In this document: positions 7,940 to 16,261 of the stretch, in pieces
How positions within the stretch are numbered: the first letter of the stretch is position 1
Layout of the letters: every line of letters starts with the position of its first letter
From: Bacilli bacterium
GTDB taxonomy: Bacteria > Bacillota_I > Bacilli_A > RF39 > UBA660
DNA: 64,000 bases
Direction of reading: 5' to 3'
Assembly: GCA_041655735.1 (NCBI GenBank)
Contig: JBBAEV010000001.1
Coordinates: 2,890 to 66,889, forward strand
The notes under the pieces: model-generated
What the model was told of the DNA's origin: nothing
What the model saw: the letters and a program-made list of their open reading frames with translations, nothing else
The model's database searches: none
Program-made: the position numbers and the translations under genes

Positions 7940-9691
7940 TTAGATGGTTTTTTTGATAATTTCTTCTTTTAATAAGCTAATAAATTCTTCTTTATTAACG
8001 GTTATCATATCATTACTATTATATTTACGATAAGTAATAGTACCCTCTTCTTTTTCTTTATCACCTATTACTACACTGTAAGGTATTTTTTGCATTTGTG
8101 ATTCACGTATTTTATAACCTAATTTTTCATTTCTATCATCAAACTCTATTCTTATATCATTATCAATTAATAGTTCCTTTATTTCTTTCGAATAATCCGA
8201 ATGATATTCACTATTAACAGGAATAATATTTACTTGAACAGGTGCAAGCCAAAGCGGAAATGCTCCAGCATATTGTTCAATTAAAATAGATAACAATCTT
8301 TCATAAGTACTAATATATCCTCTATGAATAGCAACTGGCCTTTTTTTATTTCCATCATTATCAACATAAGTTAAATCAAACCTTTCTGGAAGTACCATAT
8401 CAAGTTGAATTGTAGACATAGTAATTACTGTTCCTAATATATTTCTAACTTGAATATCAATTTTAGGACCATAAAAAGCTGCTTCTCCTTTTTTCTCTAT
8501 ATATTCGATATTATTTTTATCCAATATGTTTTTCAATATTTCTTCTGTTTCTATCCAGACTTCATCATTAGAATGATACTTATCACTATTATTATCTTCA
8601 CCTCTTAAAGCAAGTTCAATATAATCTATTTCCAAACCCAAATCTTTAATAGCTTTATCAATTAGTTCATAAGCTGCAATTACTTCCTCTTCTATTTGAT
8701 CTTTTCTAGCAAATATATGAGCATCAGTTAAATTCATAGCTCTAACTCTTTCTAACCCAGATAACCCGCCACTTGATTCATAACGGTGTTGCAAAACAAT
8801 TTCCGAATATCTTATTGGCAAATCCCTATATGATCTTAATTTTGATTTAAAAATAAGCATATGATGAGGGCAACTCATAGGTCTTAAAACAAGTTCTTCG
8901 CCATCTCTTTCCATTAGTGGAAACATCATATCTTGATAATGCTCCCAATGCCCTGAGGTTTCATATAACCATTTGGAAGCAATTACTGGAGTAGATACAA
9001 ACTGATATCCTGCCTTTAACTGTTCTTTATATTGATAATCCTCTAAAACTTTTCTCACAGCCATTCCCCTGGGAAGCCAGAAAGCTAATCCTTGTCCAGC
9101 TTCAGGAACTAACATAAATAAATCTAATTCTTTACCTAATATTCTATGATCTCTTTTTTTGGCTTCTTCCAACATATTTAGATAATCATTTAATTCTTCC
9201 TCACTATTAAAACATATACCATATATTCTTTGAAGCATTTTGTTTTTAGAATCACCTTTATAATAAGCTCCACTTACTTTTAATAGCTTAAAATATTTTA
9301 TATCTTTAGTATATTCAACGTGAGGTCCCCTACATAAATCAATAAAATCATCCTGTTTATAAGCAGTAATACTATCTTCCATATTATTAATTAAATCTAT
9401 TTTATATGGATCATCTTTAAACATTTCTAAAGCTTCTTCCTTAGATAATTCTAGTTTAATAATCTTTTTATTATCTTTAGAAATTCTTTTCATTTCTCTT
9501 TCTATCTTTTCTAAATCTTCTTCAGTAACTACTTTATCTCCTAAATCAATATCATAATAAAAACCATCTTCAATAACTGGACCTACCCAAAATAAAGCTT
9601 CTGGGTAAATTCTTTTCACTGCATGTGCAAGTAAATGTGCACATGAATGATTTAATATACTTAATTTTTCATCTTCTTTGATGTTTATCAT
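7940..9691 (-). CDS. thrS: threonyl-tRNA synthetase (lacks the N-terminal TGS/N1 domain)
   Basis: The editing-domain motif HSCAHLLAHAV appears at residues 15-25 rather than about residue 73. Class II catalytic and anticodon-binding domains present. 583 aa. Confidence 0.9.
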   Translation of the reverse strand: MINIKEDEKLSILNHSCAHLLAHAVKRIYPEALFWVGPVIEDGFYYDIDLGDKVVTEEDLEKIEREMKRISKDNKKIIKLELSKEEALEMFKDDPYKIDLINNMEDSITAYKQDDFIDLCRGPHVEYTKDIKYFKLLKVSGAYYKGDSKNKMLQRIYGICFNSEEELNDYLNMLEEAKKRDHRILGKELDLFMLVPEAGQGLAFWLPRGMAVRKVLEDYQYKEQLKAGYQFVSTPVIASKWLYETSGHWEHYQDMMFPLMERDGEELVLRPMSCPHHMLIFKSKLRSYRDLPIRYSEIVLQHRYESSGGLSGLERVRAMNLTDAHIFARKDQIEEEVIAAYELIDKAIKDLGLEIDYIELALRGEDNNSDKYHSNDEVWIETEEILKNILDKNNIEYIEKKGEAAFYGPKIDIQVRNILGTVITMSTIQLDMVLPERFDLTYVDNDGNKKRPVAIHRGYISTYERLLSILIEQYAGAFPLWLAPVQVNIIPVNSEYHSDYSKEIKELLIDNDIRIEFDDRNEKLGYKIRESQMQKIPYSVVIGDKEKEEGTITYRKYNSNDMITVNKEEFISLLKEEIIKKTI

Positions 9692-10115
9692 TTTTTATAC
9701 CTCCTTTTTCATTTAACATTATTTGTTTTAATTTCTTTCGTATTTCTCTTATTTCTACATCTAGCTCAATTAATTCATCTTCAGAAAAATATTCTGGAAA
9801 TTGTTTCTTATATGTTATATCATATAATCTTTGTTTTAAACCAGGGATACTAACCATACCGTTTTTTTCCTCATAATTAATAACATATTCTCTAGCAAAA
9901 TCTAAATACTGCAAATCTTTTTCTGATAATTGCTTTCCCTTTATATTTTCTACTTCCCTCTTCTTTATACCATCAACATAACATAGATATAAAGTGTCCT
10001 CTGAATGAAGTTGTGGTTTTCTTTTTAACCTTTCCTCCAAAGTTATGTTATGTAAATTATTTCTAAAAGCATAATCAATATTTACTCCTTTATATCTTTT
10101 ATTTGTATTTGCCAT
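9669..10115 (-). CDS. hypothetical protein (148 aa), first gene downstream of the thrS T-box leader; overlaps the thrS start by 23 nt
   Basis: RBS AGAGGGG right after the T-box terminator. No recognisable domain. Confidence 0.45.
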   Translation of the reverse strand: MANTNKRYKGVNIDYAFRNNLHNITLEERLKRKPQLHSEDTLYLCYVDGIKKREVENIKGKQLSEKDLQYLDFAREYVINYEEKNGMVSIPGLKQRLYDITYKKQFPEYFSEDELIELDVEIREIRKKLKQIMLNEKGGIKNDKHQRR

Positions 10116-10385
10116 AATATCTAACCCCTCTATAAAAATTAAAAATCATCCTAAAAATATTAAGGACGAATTATCGCGGTACCACCTTAGTTTATACAAT
10201 TGTATACCCTCAAAACTTTAACGCAGTTAACGGATATCCCTTTCAGGTTCGACTCCTAGGTAGTAATTATTAAATATATTATTAGGTTCACACTATCCCT
10301 AACTCTCTTTAAATACTAATTTAATAACCATGTCCTAATCTTTGTCTTTCAATGTGATTTTATAATATAAACCTATAAAAGTCAA
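10116..10385 (-). promoter_or_regulatory. T-box riboswitch leader (likely Thr-specific) with promoter and terminator/antiterminator
   Basis: Promoter TTGACT-17-TAAAAT at about 10385..10352 (minus). AGAGA-like stem I region. Possible ACC specifier (UGAACCUAA). Conserved T-box AAGGUGGUACCGCG (revcomp of 10175-10190). Terminator hairpin UCGUCCU…AGGAUGA plus UUUUUAAUUUUU ending at about 10120. Confidence 0.75.
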
Positions 10386-10389
10386 TAAT

Positions 10390-12231
10390 CTAGTTATTTG
10401 TCACTTTACAATATGGTTTTTTTGAAGATAATTCTTTTTTATAAAAACAATTATTATAAAATAATATTGCATTTTCTTTAGGCGCAATATAAAAAATTCT
10501 TCTTTCCCAGCGTTCTTTCACTTCTTCATAATTTTTAGTATTATTTAATAATAAATCATGCATTATCCAAAAATTTAATAAACCAGCATAAAACCTAAAT
10601 GGTGATGTCCATTTACCTGATATTCCACTATAAGTTTTATTTATCCTAGTTGAATATAAACAATATCTTCGATATTTTAAAGTTTTTCTATTCAATTCTA
10701 TATTTTCAGAAATTAATAATTGTTTAATTAAATCTTTGTTTTTCATGAAATAATCCAAACCATATGAATCATTAAATTTTTTTACACCTTTAATATCCGC
10801 TATAAAAGGAATATTATTCTTTAAACATATATCTGAAGCCACATAATTTATAAAACCAGTTAATACCGCTATCATATTACTTTCGCTATTTTTATTATAT
10901 TTTAATTTACCTTCTTCATTTTTTTTCTCATTGATAATTTTAGCTAAATTATTGGCATTCACTAATAATTCTCCTAATGTATTTCCCCTCGATTCTTCTT
11001 GTTGTTGACATTTTATAATATTCCCAATTTCTCTAAAACATATCTTCTTATTCAAAACTATTTTACTTTTTATAACATTCTGAGTTAGGATTTCTCCTGT
11101 TGAATCAACTTTTACTATAAAAGTTATGGCTGGAGTTTTTTTATTAATATCAAAATAATTTCTATTTACTATGCCCCTGTCAATCATATTATTTATTTTA
11201 TCAACGTCACGGAAAAAACTTTCCCCACTGCTTCTAGCTCTTTTATCAAGTAATGTATCAAAAGCAGAAATATTAGATAAATCCGCTATATGAAACATTA
11301 ACGTATAGCATTTATCGTGGTTAGAATAAACTAAAGATAAAGCATCTTCCGATCTAGATTTTCTGGATTTATCTATAGCTATTGTATAAATGTTTTTTAG
11401 ACTACGACGATTTATATCAGAATCAACACGTTTACAACTAATGGAAGACAAACAATCACTAATTTCATTAAAATCTATTTTATATGATTTTAAATCTTCT
11501 TCTATTTTATTTAATAGATAAAATATTTTTTCACCACAAATATGATTTTTACCTTTCAACATTATTCTATTATTATCAATTATACTTGTTATCATTTCTA
11601 TATCATATTTATCAAATGATATGTTAGGAGATTCTAAAAATAAAAATATGAGATTTCTTAAATATTCTTCCATGCTATCTATATTTTTTACCATACTACC
11701 ATCAGTTAAATTTAAATATTTATCTATAACATAATTAAAAATATGTTCATTATTATTGTCTCTAATATTAACTATATCCGGTCTATTCTTTATTAAATAT
11801 TTTACAAAATCAATATCACCACAATTTAAAAACACCTCAAATAAAGAAGATATTGAATTTGCTTGTTTTAATTGTTTTAATCTTATATCTATTAGTTTCT
11901 CAGTTATTATTTCTAATGATAACCCTTCAATTGGTTTATGAGTTTTAGTTATTTTCTTTTTTAACCCTTCAAATCTTTGTATCACAATACTCAATTTAAC
12001 ATCTTTTTCCTTTAAAGACATGGTAATATAGTCCAGTATTAAATAATAATCTATTTGCTCAAGATTATTATTTTTTGACGCAATTAAGTTTTCTAATAAA
12101 GTAATTAACTTATTAAACATACTTTTATTAGTTAATTGTTGTCCAGCTTTTTCACTTAATTTGCTTTTTATTTCATCATAACTAATATTATTTTTAATAA
12201 GTTTATATAGTTCTCTTATGTTGTCAGACAT
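10390..12231 (-). CDS. RNase II/R (RNB) domain-like protein with degenerate active site; probably non-catalytic
   Basis: TIAIDKSRKSRSEDALSL aligns to RNB motif I (TIDgedarDfDDAvy) with the first and second catalytic Asp replaced. NMIAVLTGFINYVASDI resembles the RNB ELVEEFMLLANEAVA motif. SPFRFYAGLLNFWIMHDLL resembles RNB motif IV SPIRRYADLIVHRLL with the conserved RR changed to RF. Confidence 0.4.
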   Translation of the reverse strand: MSDNIRELYKLIKNNISYDEIKSKLSEKAGQQLTNKSMFNKLITLLENLIASKNNNLEQIDYYLILDYITMSLKEKDVKLSIVIQRFEGLKKKITKTHKPIEGLSLEIITEKLIDIRLKQLKQANSISSLFEVFLNCGDIDFVKYLIKNRPDIVNIRDNNNEHIFNYVIDKYLNLTDGSMVKNIDSMEEYLRNLIFLFLESPNISFDKYDIEMITSIIDNNRIMLKGKNHICGEKIFYLLNKIEEDLKSYKIDFNEISDCLSSISCKRVDSDINRRSLKNIYTIAIDKSRKSRSEDALSLVYSNHDKCYTLMFHIADLSNISAFDTLLDKRARSSGESFFRDVDKINNMIDRGIVNRNYFDINKKTPAITFIVKVDSTGEILTQNVIKSKIVLNKKICFREIGNIIKCQQQEESRGNTLGELLVNANNLAKIINEKKNEEGKLKYNKNSESNMIAVLTGFINYVASDICLKNNIPFIADIKGVKKFNDSYGLDYFMKNKDLIKQLLISENIELNRKTLKYRRYCLYSTRINKTYSGISGKWTSPFRFYAGLLNFWIMHDLLLNNTKNYEEVKERWERRIFYIAPKENAILFYNNCFYKKELSSKKPYCKVTNN

Positions 12232-12269
12232 ATCTGAATCCCCCGATTCCTCATACTATATTTAATTTA

Positions 12270-13190
12270 TTATTTTCTTCTATTTTCACTAATCATTTGT
12301 ATAGTGTCCGTTAATTGATTGATTCTCTCAATGATTCTTCTAGCCTTTACTTTTTCAACCTTTCCATTACTAAAACTTAAATGTTCTTCTAATTCCTTTA
12401 TATCTAAATTAGAAGTAAAGAATGTTGGGAGGCCCTCCTGCATCCTATACTGTAAGATAGAACCAAGTATTTCATCCCTTCCCCAACTTGTTAGATTTTC
12501 TGCCCCAAGGTCATCTAACAACAAAAGAGGAGCCTTTTTTATCTTGCTGAATTTATATTCATAATTGTTACTTTTAAATGATTCCTTTAAACTTCTAAGT
12601 AATTCTGGCCAATAAACAATAACACTCTTTATTCCTTTTTTAGCCAACTCATTGAACATGGACGCAACTACATATGTTTTACCACACCCAAAATTACCAT
12701 GTAAATATAAACCTTTTACTTCTTTTTTAGCTAAGTATTTATCAATAAAATCTTTTAGTTTTTTTATAACTTCAAATCTATTTTTATCATCAGTATATAT
12801 ATCCTTCATTTTTGCATTACTTATTTCTTTAGGAATATCAAAAGTTAAAACATTTTCTTTATAACTAGTATTTTTAATATCCTTATTTTTATATGAACAA
12901 GCAACATAAGAAAAAGTTAAGTTCTTTTTGTTCGCAATTGGAGTTAACAAAAATCCTTCCACTTTGTTTTTACATTCAAATAAATTCTTACAATGCTCAC
13001 AATTCCCCTTTTCTAAAGCACATTCTTCTAAACGTGAAGTATACTTCATTAAATTATCAGAAGAGAGTTTTATATTTGAAACTAACTTTTTAAAATTTTC
13101 ATCTTTTAATGCTTTACCATAATTACCTTTTAGCTCATAATCATTATCACTCTTTTTAAAAACTTTTAATTCGCTATTTAAACCCTTCAT
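12270..13190 (-). CDS. dnaI: primosomal helicase loader DnaI
   Basis: N-terminal Cys-rich zinc module (CEHCKNLFECKN). Walker A GNFGCGKTYV. AAA+ of the DnaC/DnaI type. Immediately downstream of dnaB, as in Bacillus. Confidence 0.85.
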   Translation of the reverse strand: MKGLNSELKVFKKSDNDYELKGNYGKALKDENFKKLVSNIKLSSDNLMKYTSRLEECALEKGNCEHCKNLFECKNKVEGFLLTPIANKKNLTFSYVACSYKNKDIKNTSYKENVLTFDIPKEISNAKMKDIYTDDKNRFEVIKKLKDFIDKYLAKKEVKGLYLHGNFGCGKTYVVASMFNELAKKGIKSVIVYWPELLRSLKESFKSNNYEYKFSKIKKAPLLLLDDLGAENLTSWGRDEILGSILQYRMQEGLPTFFTSNLDIKELEEHLSFSNGKVEKVKARRIIERINQLTDTIQMISENRRK

Positions 13191-13201
13191 ATTATCACTT
13201 C

Positions 13202-14551
13202 CTATGAAAATTCTTTTAATATATCTTCCATTTCCTTTATTTCTTCTTTACTTACTTCTTCTTTCTTCAACTCTTTATCAAACCAAACAGGAACTTTTTC
13301 TTCCTTAACTTTTTTTGTTTTACTAGGGACGTTTTTCTTGTATTTTTTATGTTCTTTTTCAGCTAAATTCATAGCTTCCTCTACTGTTTCAATATTTAAT
13401 CTTTTCCATTGCCCCGCAATTGTTTCCACAAAACTTCTACTTAATTTATAATTATTTATTTTTAATATATAATCAATTAAAACATTAACTACACCTGGTT
13501 TTAATCCTTGATCTACCATTAAACTTTCAACTAATCTTAAATCTCTACTTGTAGGTTCCGCCCCATTATATTTGCTTCTCAAAAAATTATAGGGGGTTGC
13601 TGTTTCAAAAATATAAATCATTTTGGCCCTCTTTGAACTATCCCCAAAAGGACTTCTTAAATATTCAGGTTGATTCCTATATATTAATCCAGGAAGTTTT
13701 CCATTATTTTCAAATTGATAATAATTTCGACATGCTTTACGAAAAACTTCTTTATCAATTCCCTTATCAGTAATACTTCTCCTTAATATTCTTTCTATTT
13801 CTAATGTATCAAGGTTATAAATATATGCTAAACTTATTATTAACGTTTTTAATGAATTAGTTAATATTCTTTCATTAGAAAGAGTACTTCCTAATAAATT
13901 AAAATCAATATTACTATCAATAACTAAATTATTTTTAGCTTTTCCCTTAACATTATCATTATATACATCACTTAATACATGAGGTTTAGATATGAAAATA
14001 TCATCAAATGATCTAGTAATATCATCATATCCTTTATTATTTATATTTGGTAAATTAAAATAATCAACAGTATTTTCATATTCTTTTTTGCCAATGTTAT
14101 TATATAAAACTACATTTAAAATAGGATGATTAAAAAATTCTTTTGGAGAAAAAGGTGAATATATTTCATAAATATAACTATTAACACTACCTTTTTTATA
14201 ATATGTTTTTAATAATCCTAACGCTTCTAACTTTTCTCTAGCTTCAATTATTTCCTCAATTTTTAACTGCATATTAGTTATCACATGGTGGTGAGTAAAT
14301 TCTTTACTCATTATTTCCATTTTGTCCAAATCAGACCACAAAGAAAAATACAAACCAATTGAAGTACTACCTATAATTGGTTGATAGAGCATTGTCAGTA
14401 TCTTGCGATCTAAATCATTCATAATTGTTTTATTTACTACGATATAAGTATCCGCTGGTAAAATGGAAATTTGTCTCATAAAACCACCCACTATATCGTT
14501 ATTGTATCCTATAGAATTAATAATTTCAATTATTTTAAGCATAAAAAACAA
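13202..14551 (-). CDS. dnaB: replication initiation and membrane attachment protein DnaB (DnaB/DnaD family)
   Basis: About 450 aa with DnaB/DnaD-like (DDBH2) character. Conserved dnaB-dnaI adjacency. Confidence 0.6.
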   Translation of the reverse strand: MFFMLKIIEIINSIGYNNDIVGGFMRQISILPADTYIVVNKTIMNDLDRKILTMLYQPIIGSTSIGLYFSLWSDLDKMEIMSKEFTHHHVITNMQLKIEEIIEAREKLEALGLLKTYYKKGSVNSYIYEIYSPFSPKEFFNHPILNVVLYNNIGKKEYENTVDYFNLPNINNKGYDDITRSFDDIFISKPHVLSDVYNDNVKGKAKNNLVIDSNIDFNLLGSTLSNERILTNSLKTLIISLAYIYNLDTLEIERILRRSITDKGIDKEVFRKACRNYYQFENNGKLPGLIYRNQPEYLRSPFGDSSKRAKMIYIFETATPYNFLRSKYNGAEPTSRDLRLVESLMVDQGLKPGVVNVLIDYILKINNYKLSRSFVETIAGQWKRLNIETVEEAMNLAEKEHKKYKKNVPSKTKKVKEEKVPVWFDKELKKEEVSKEEIKEMEDILKEFS

Positions 14552-14555
14552 TAAA

Positions 14556-15383
14556 TCATTTATTTTTCTGACAAAAAGGACAATAATAAGTACCTCTTCC
14601 GCCTACTTTTATCTTTTTTATAAAATTATTACATATCTTACAAAGTTCTCCTTCTTTTGTATGAACATATAAATTATTTTGAAACCTCCCTGTTATACCT
14701 TCACTAGAAGTATAACTTCTAATAGTAGTTCCACCAGCATTTACTGCCTCAGAAAGTATTTCTTTAGTATTATCAATTATAGATTGCAATTCATTTTTAG
14801 TAAGTTTATTAGATTTCTTTGAAGGATTAATCTTTGATTTGAATAATATTTCATCCGCATAAATATTTCCTATTCCCGCTATAATAGATTGATCTAATAA
14901 AGATAATTTTATTGAGATTATCTTTTTCTTTAATTTATTTTTTAAATAAGACACAGTCAAATTATTATCAAATGGTTCTAAACCCAGCTTAATAAGTGGA
15001 CCCTTAATATCTATTTCATCTTTTTTTAATAAATACATTTTGCCAAACTTTCTTGTATCATGATATCTAAGTTCTGTGTTATCAGTAAATCTTATTATTA
15101 CATGTTCATGTTTTTTTAATTCATCTTTTTCTTTCTTTAAAAAATATTTCCCTTCCATTCTTAAATGACTTAATAAATAAAAATTATTAAGTTCAAATAA
15201 AAGCCATTTCCCTCTTCTTTTAATATCAATAATAGTTTGTCCTTTTATCATATTAGAAAAATCCTCTAACAGAGGATATTCAATAATTTTATTCCAATAT
15301 ATATCTACTTCTTTTATTTGTTTTTTTAATACTTGTTTTTTTAATGTTTTCCTTATTGTTTCTACTTCTGCAAATTCTGGCAT
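14556..15383 (-). CDS. mutM: formamidopyrimidine-DNA glycosylase (Fpg/MutM)
   Basis: True N-terminus MPEFAEVETIR with catalytic Pro2. RBS GGAGG 6 nt upstream of the ATG at 15383; the ORF-track start at 15413 is an upstream extension. C-terminal zinc finger CKICN…CPFCQ. Start is 1 nt after the CDF stop. Confidence 0.9.
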   Translation of the reverse strand: MPEFAEVETIRKTLKKQVLKKQIKEVDIYWNKIIEYPLLEDFSNMIKGQTIIDIKRRGKWLLFELNNFYLLSHLRMEGKYFLKKEKDELKKHEHVIIRFTDNTELRYHDTRKFGKMYLLKKDEIDIKGPLIKLGLEPFDNNLTVSYLKNKLKKKIISIKLSLLDQSIIAGIGNIYADEILFKSKINPSKKSNKLTKNELQSIIDNTKEILSEAVNAGGTTIRSYTSSEGITGRFQNNLYVHTKEGELCKICNNFIKKIKVGGRGTYYCPFCQKNK

Positions 15384-15384
15384 T

Positions 15385-16254
15385 TTAGTCCTCCTTTTTA
15401 AAAGGATTAACATGGATTATTACATATTTTATTTTACCTATCTTTTTCTTTAAAATACTTTCTACTTTATGAGCTATATTATGACTTTCTATTAATTTCT
15501 CATCTTCATTTATTCCTATATTTAAAATCACTTGGTAATAAGAACCACACTTTAACATATCTAAAGTGTCAATAGTTTTTACACCCTTTACACTTAATAT
15601 ATACTTTTCAACTAAACTCAATACCTTTGGATCGGTTTCTACTTGCCCTAAAACATTACGACCATTCTCCAATATTATTTCAATAGATACTTTTATAATA
15701 AAAATCCCTATTAAAAAACCACCTAATTTATCAGCATGTTTTAATAATTCTATATTACTAGAAAATCTAGATAATATAAATGTTAATAATACCATGCCTG
15801 ATGTCATCACATCCATTGTACTTTCTTTACCACTAGCTATTAACACAGCATTTTTATATTTATTCCCACTTTTCACAACATATCTAGCTAACAAATATTT
15901 TAATATTATTGTCATAATTATTACTATTACCACTGTGTTTTCTGGTATTTGCGTTGGTGTAGTAAAAATATCAATTAATAAAAAAACACCTAAAATAAAT
16001 ATAATGGATCCGATAATAATAGAGGTGACATATTCAATTCTTCCATGACCATAGGGATGTTTTTCATCTGCTGGTAAAAAAGATTTTTTAATACCAGTAA
16101 TCCCTACTATATCAGTAGTTAAATCACTTAATGAATGAAATCCGTCCGCAATTAAGGCCTGACTCTTCCCAATCACTCCAAATACTATTTTAGAAACAAC
16201 TAAAAAAGTATTTGTAACTAAACTAGTTATTAAAACTCTAACTATCTTTTTCAT
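15385..16254 (-). CDS. cation diffusion facilitator family transporter
   Basis: Multi-TM protein with CDF signature ALIADGFHSLSDL and a C-terminal cytoplasmic domain. Confidence 0.8.
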   Translation of the reverse strand: MKKIVRVLITSLVTNTFLVVSKIVFGVIGKSQALIADGFHSLSDLTTDIVGITGIKKSFLPADEKHPYGHGRIEYVTSIIIGSIIFILGVFLLIDIFTTPTQIPENTVVIVIIMTIILKYLLARYVVKSGNKYKNAVLIASGKESTMDVMTSGMVLLTFILSRFSSNIELLKHADKLGGFLIGIFIIKVSIEIILENGRNVLGQVETDPKVLSLVEKYILSVKGVKTIDTLDMLKCGSYYQVILNIGINEDEKLIESHNIAHKVESILKKKIGKIKYVIIHVNPFKKED

Positions 16255-16261
16255 AATTCAC

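Noticed and set aside
10236-10262. tRNA-like TpsiC-arm motif GGTTCGACTCC on the plus strand
   Set aside because: Flanking sequence cannot be folded into acceptor, D and anticodon arms. The segment lies inside the minus-strand thrS T-box leader (between stem I and the T-box sequence), so it is leader sequence read on the wrong strand, not a tRNA.
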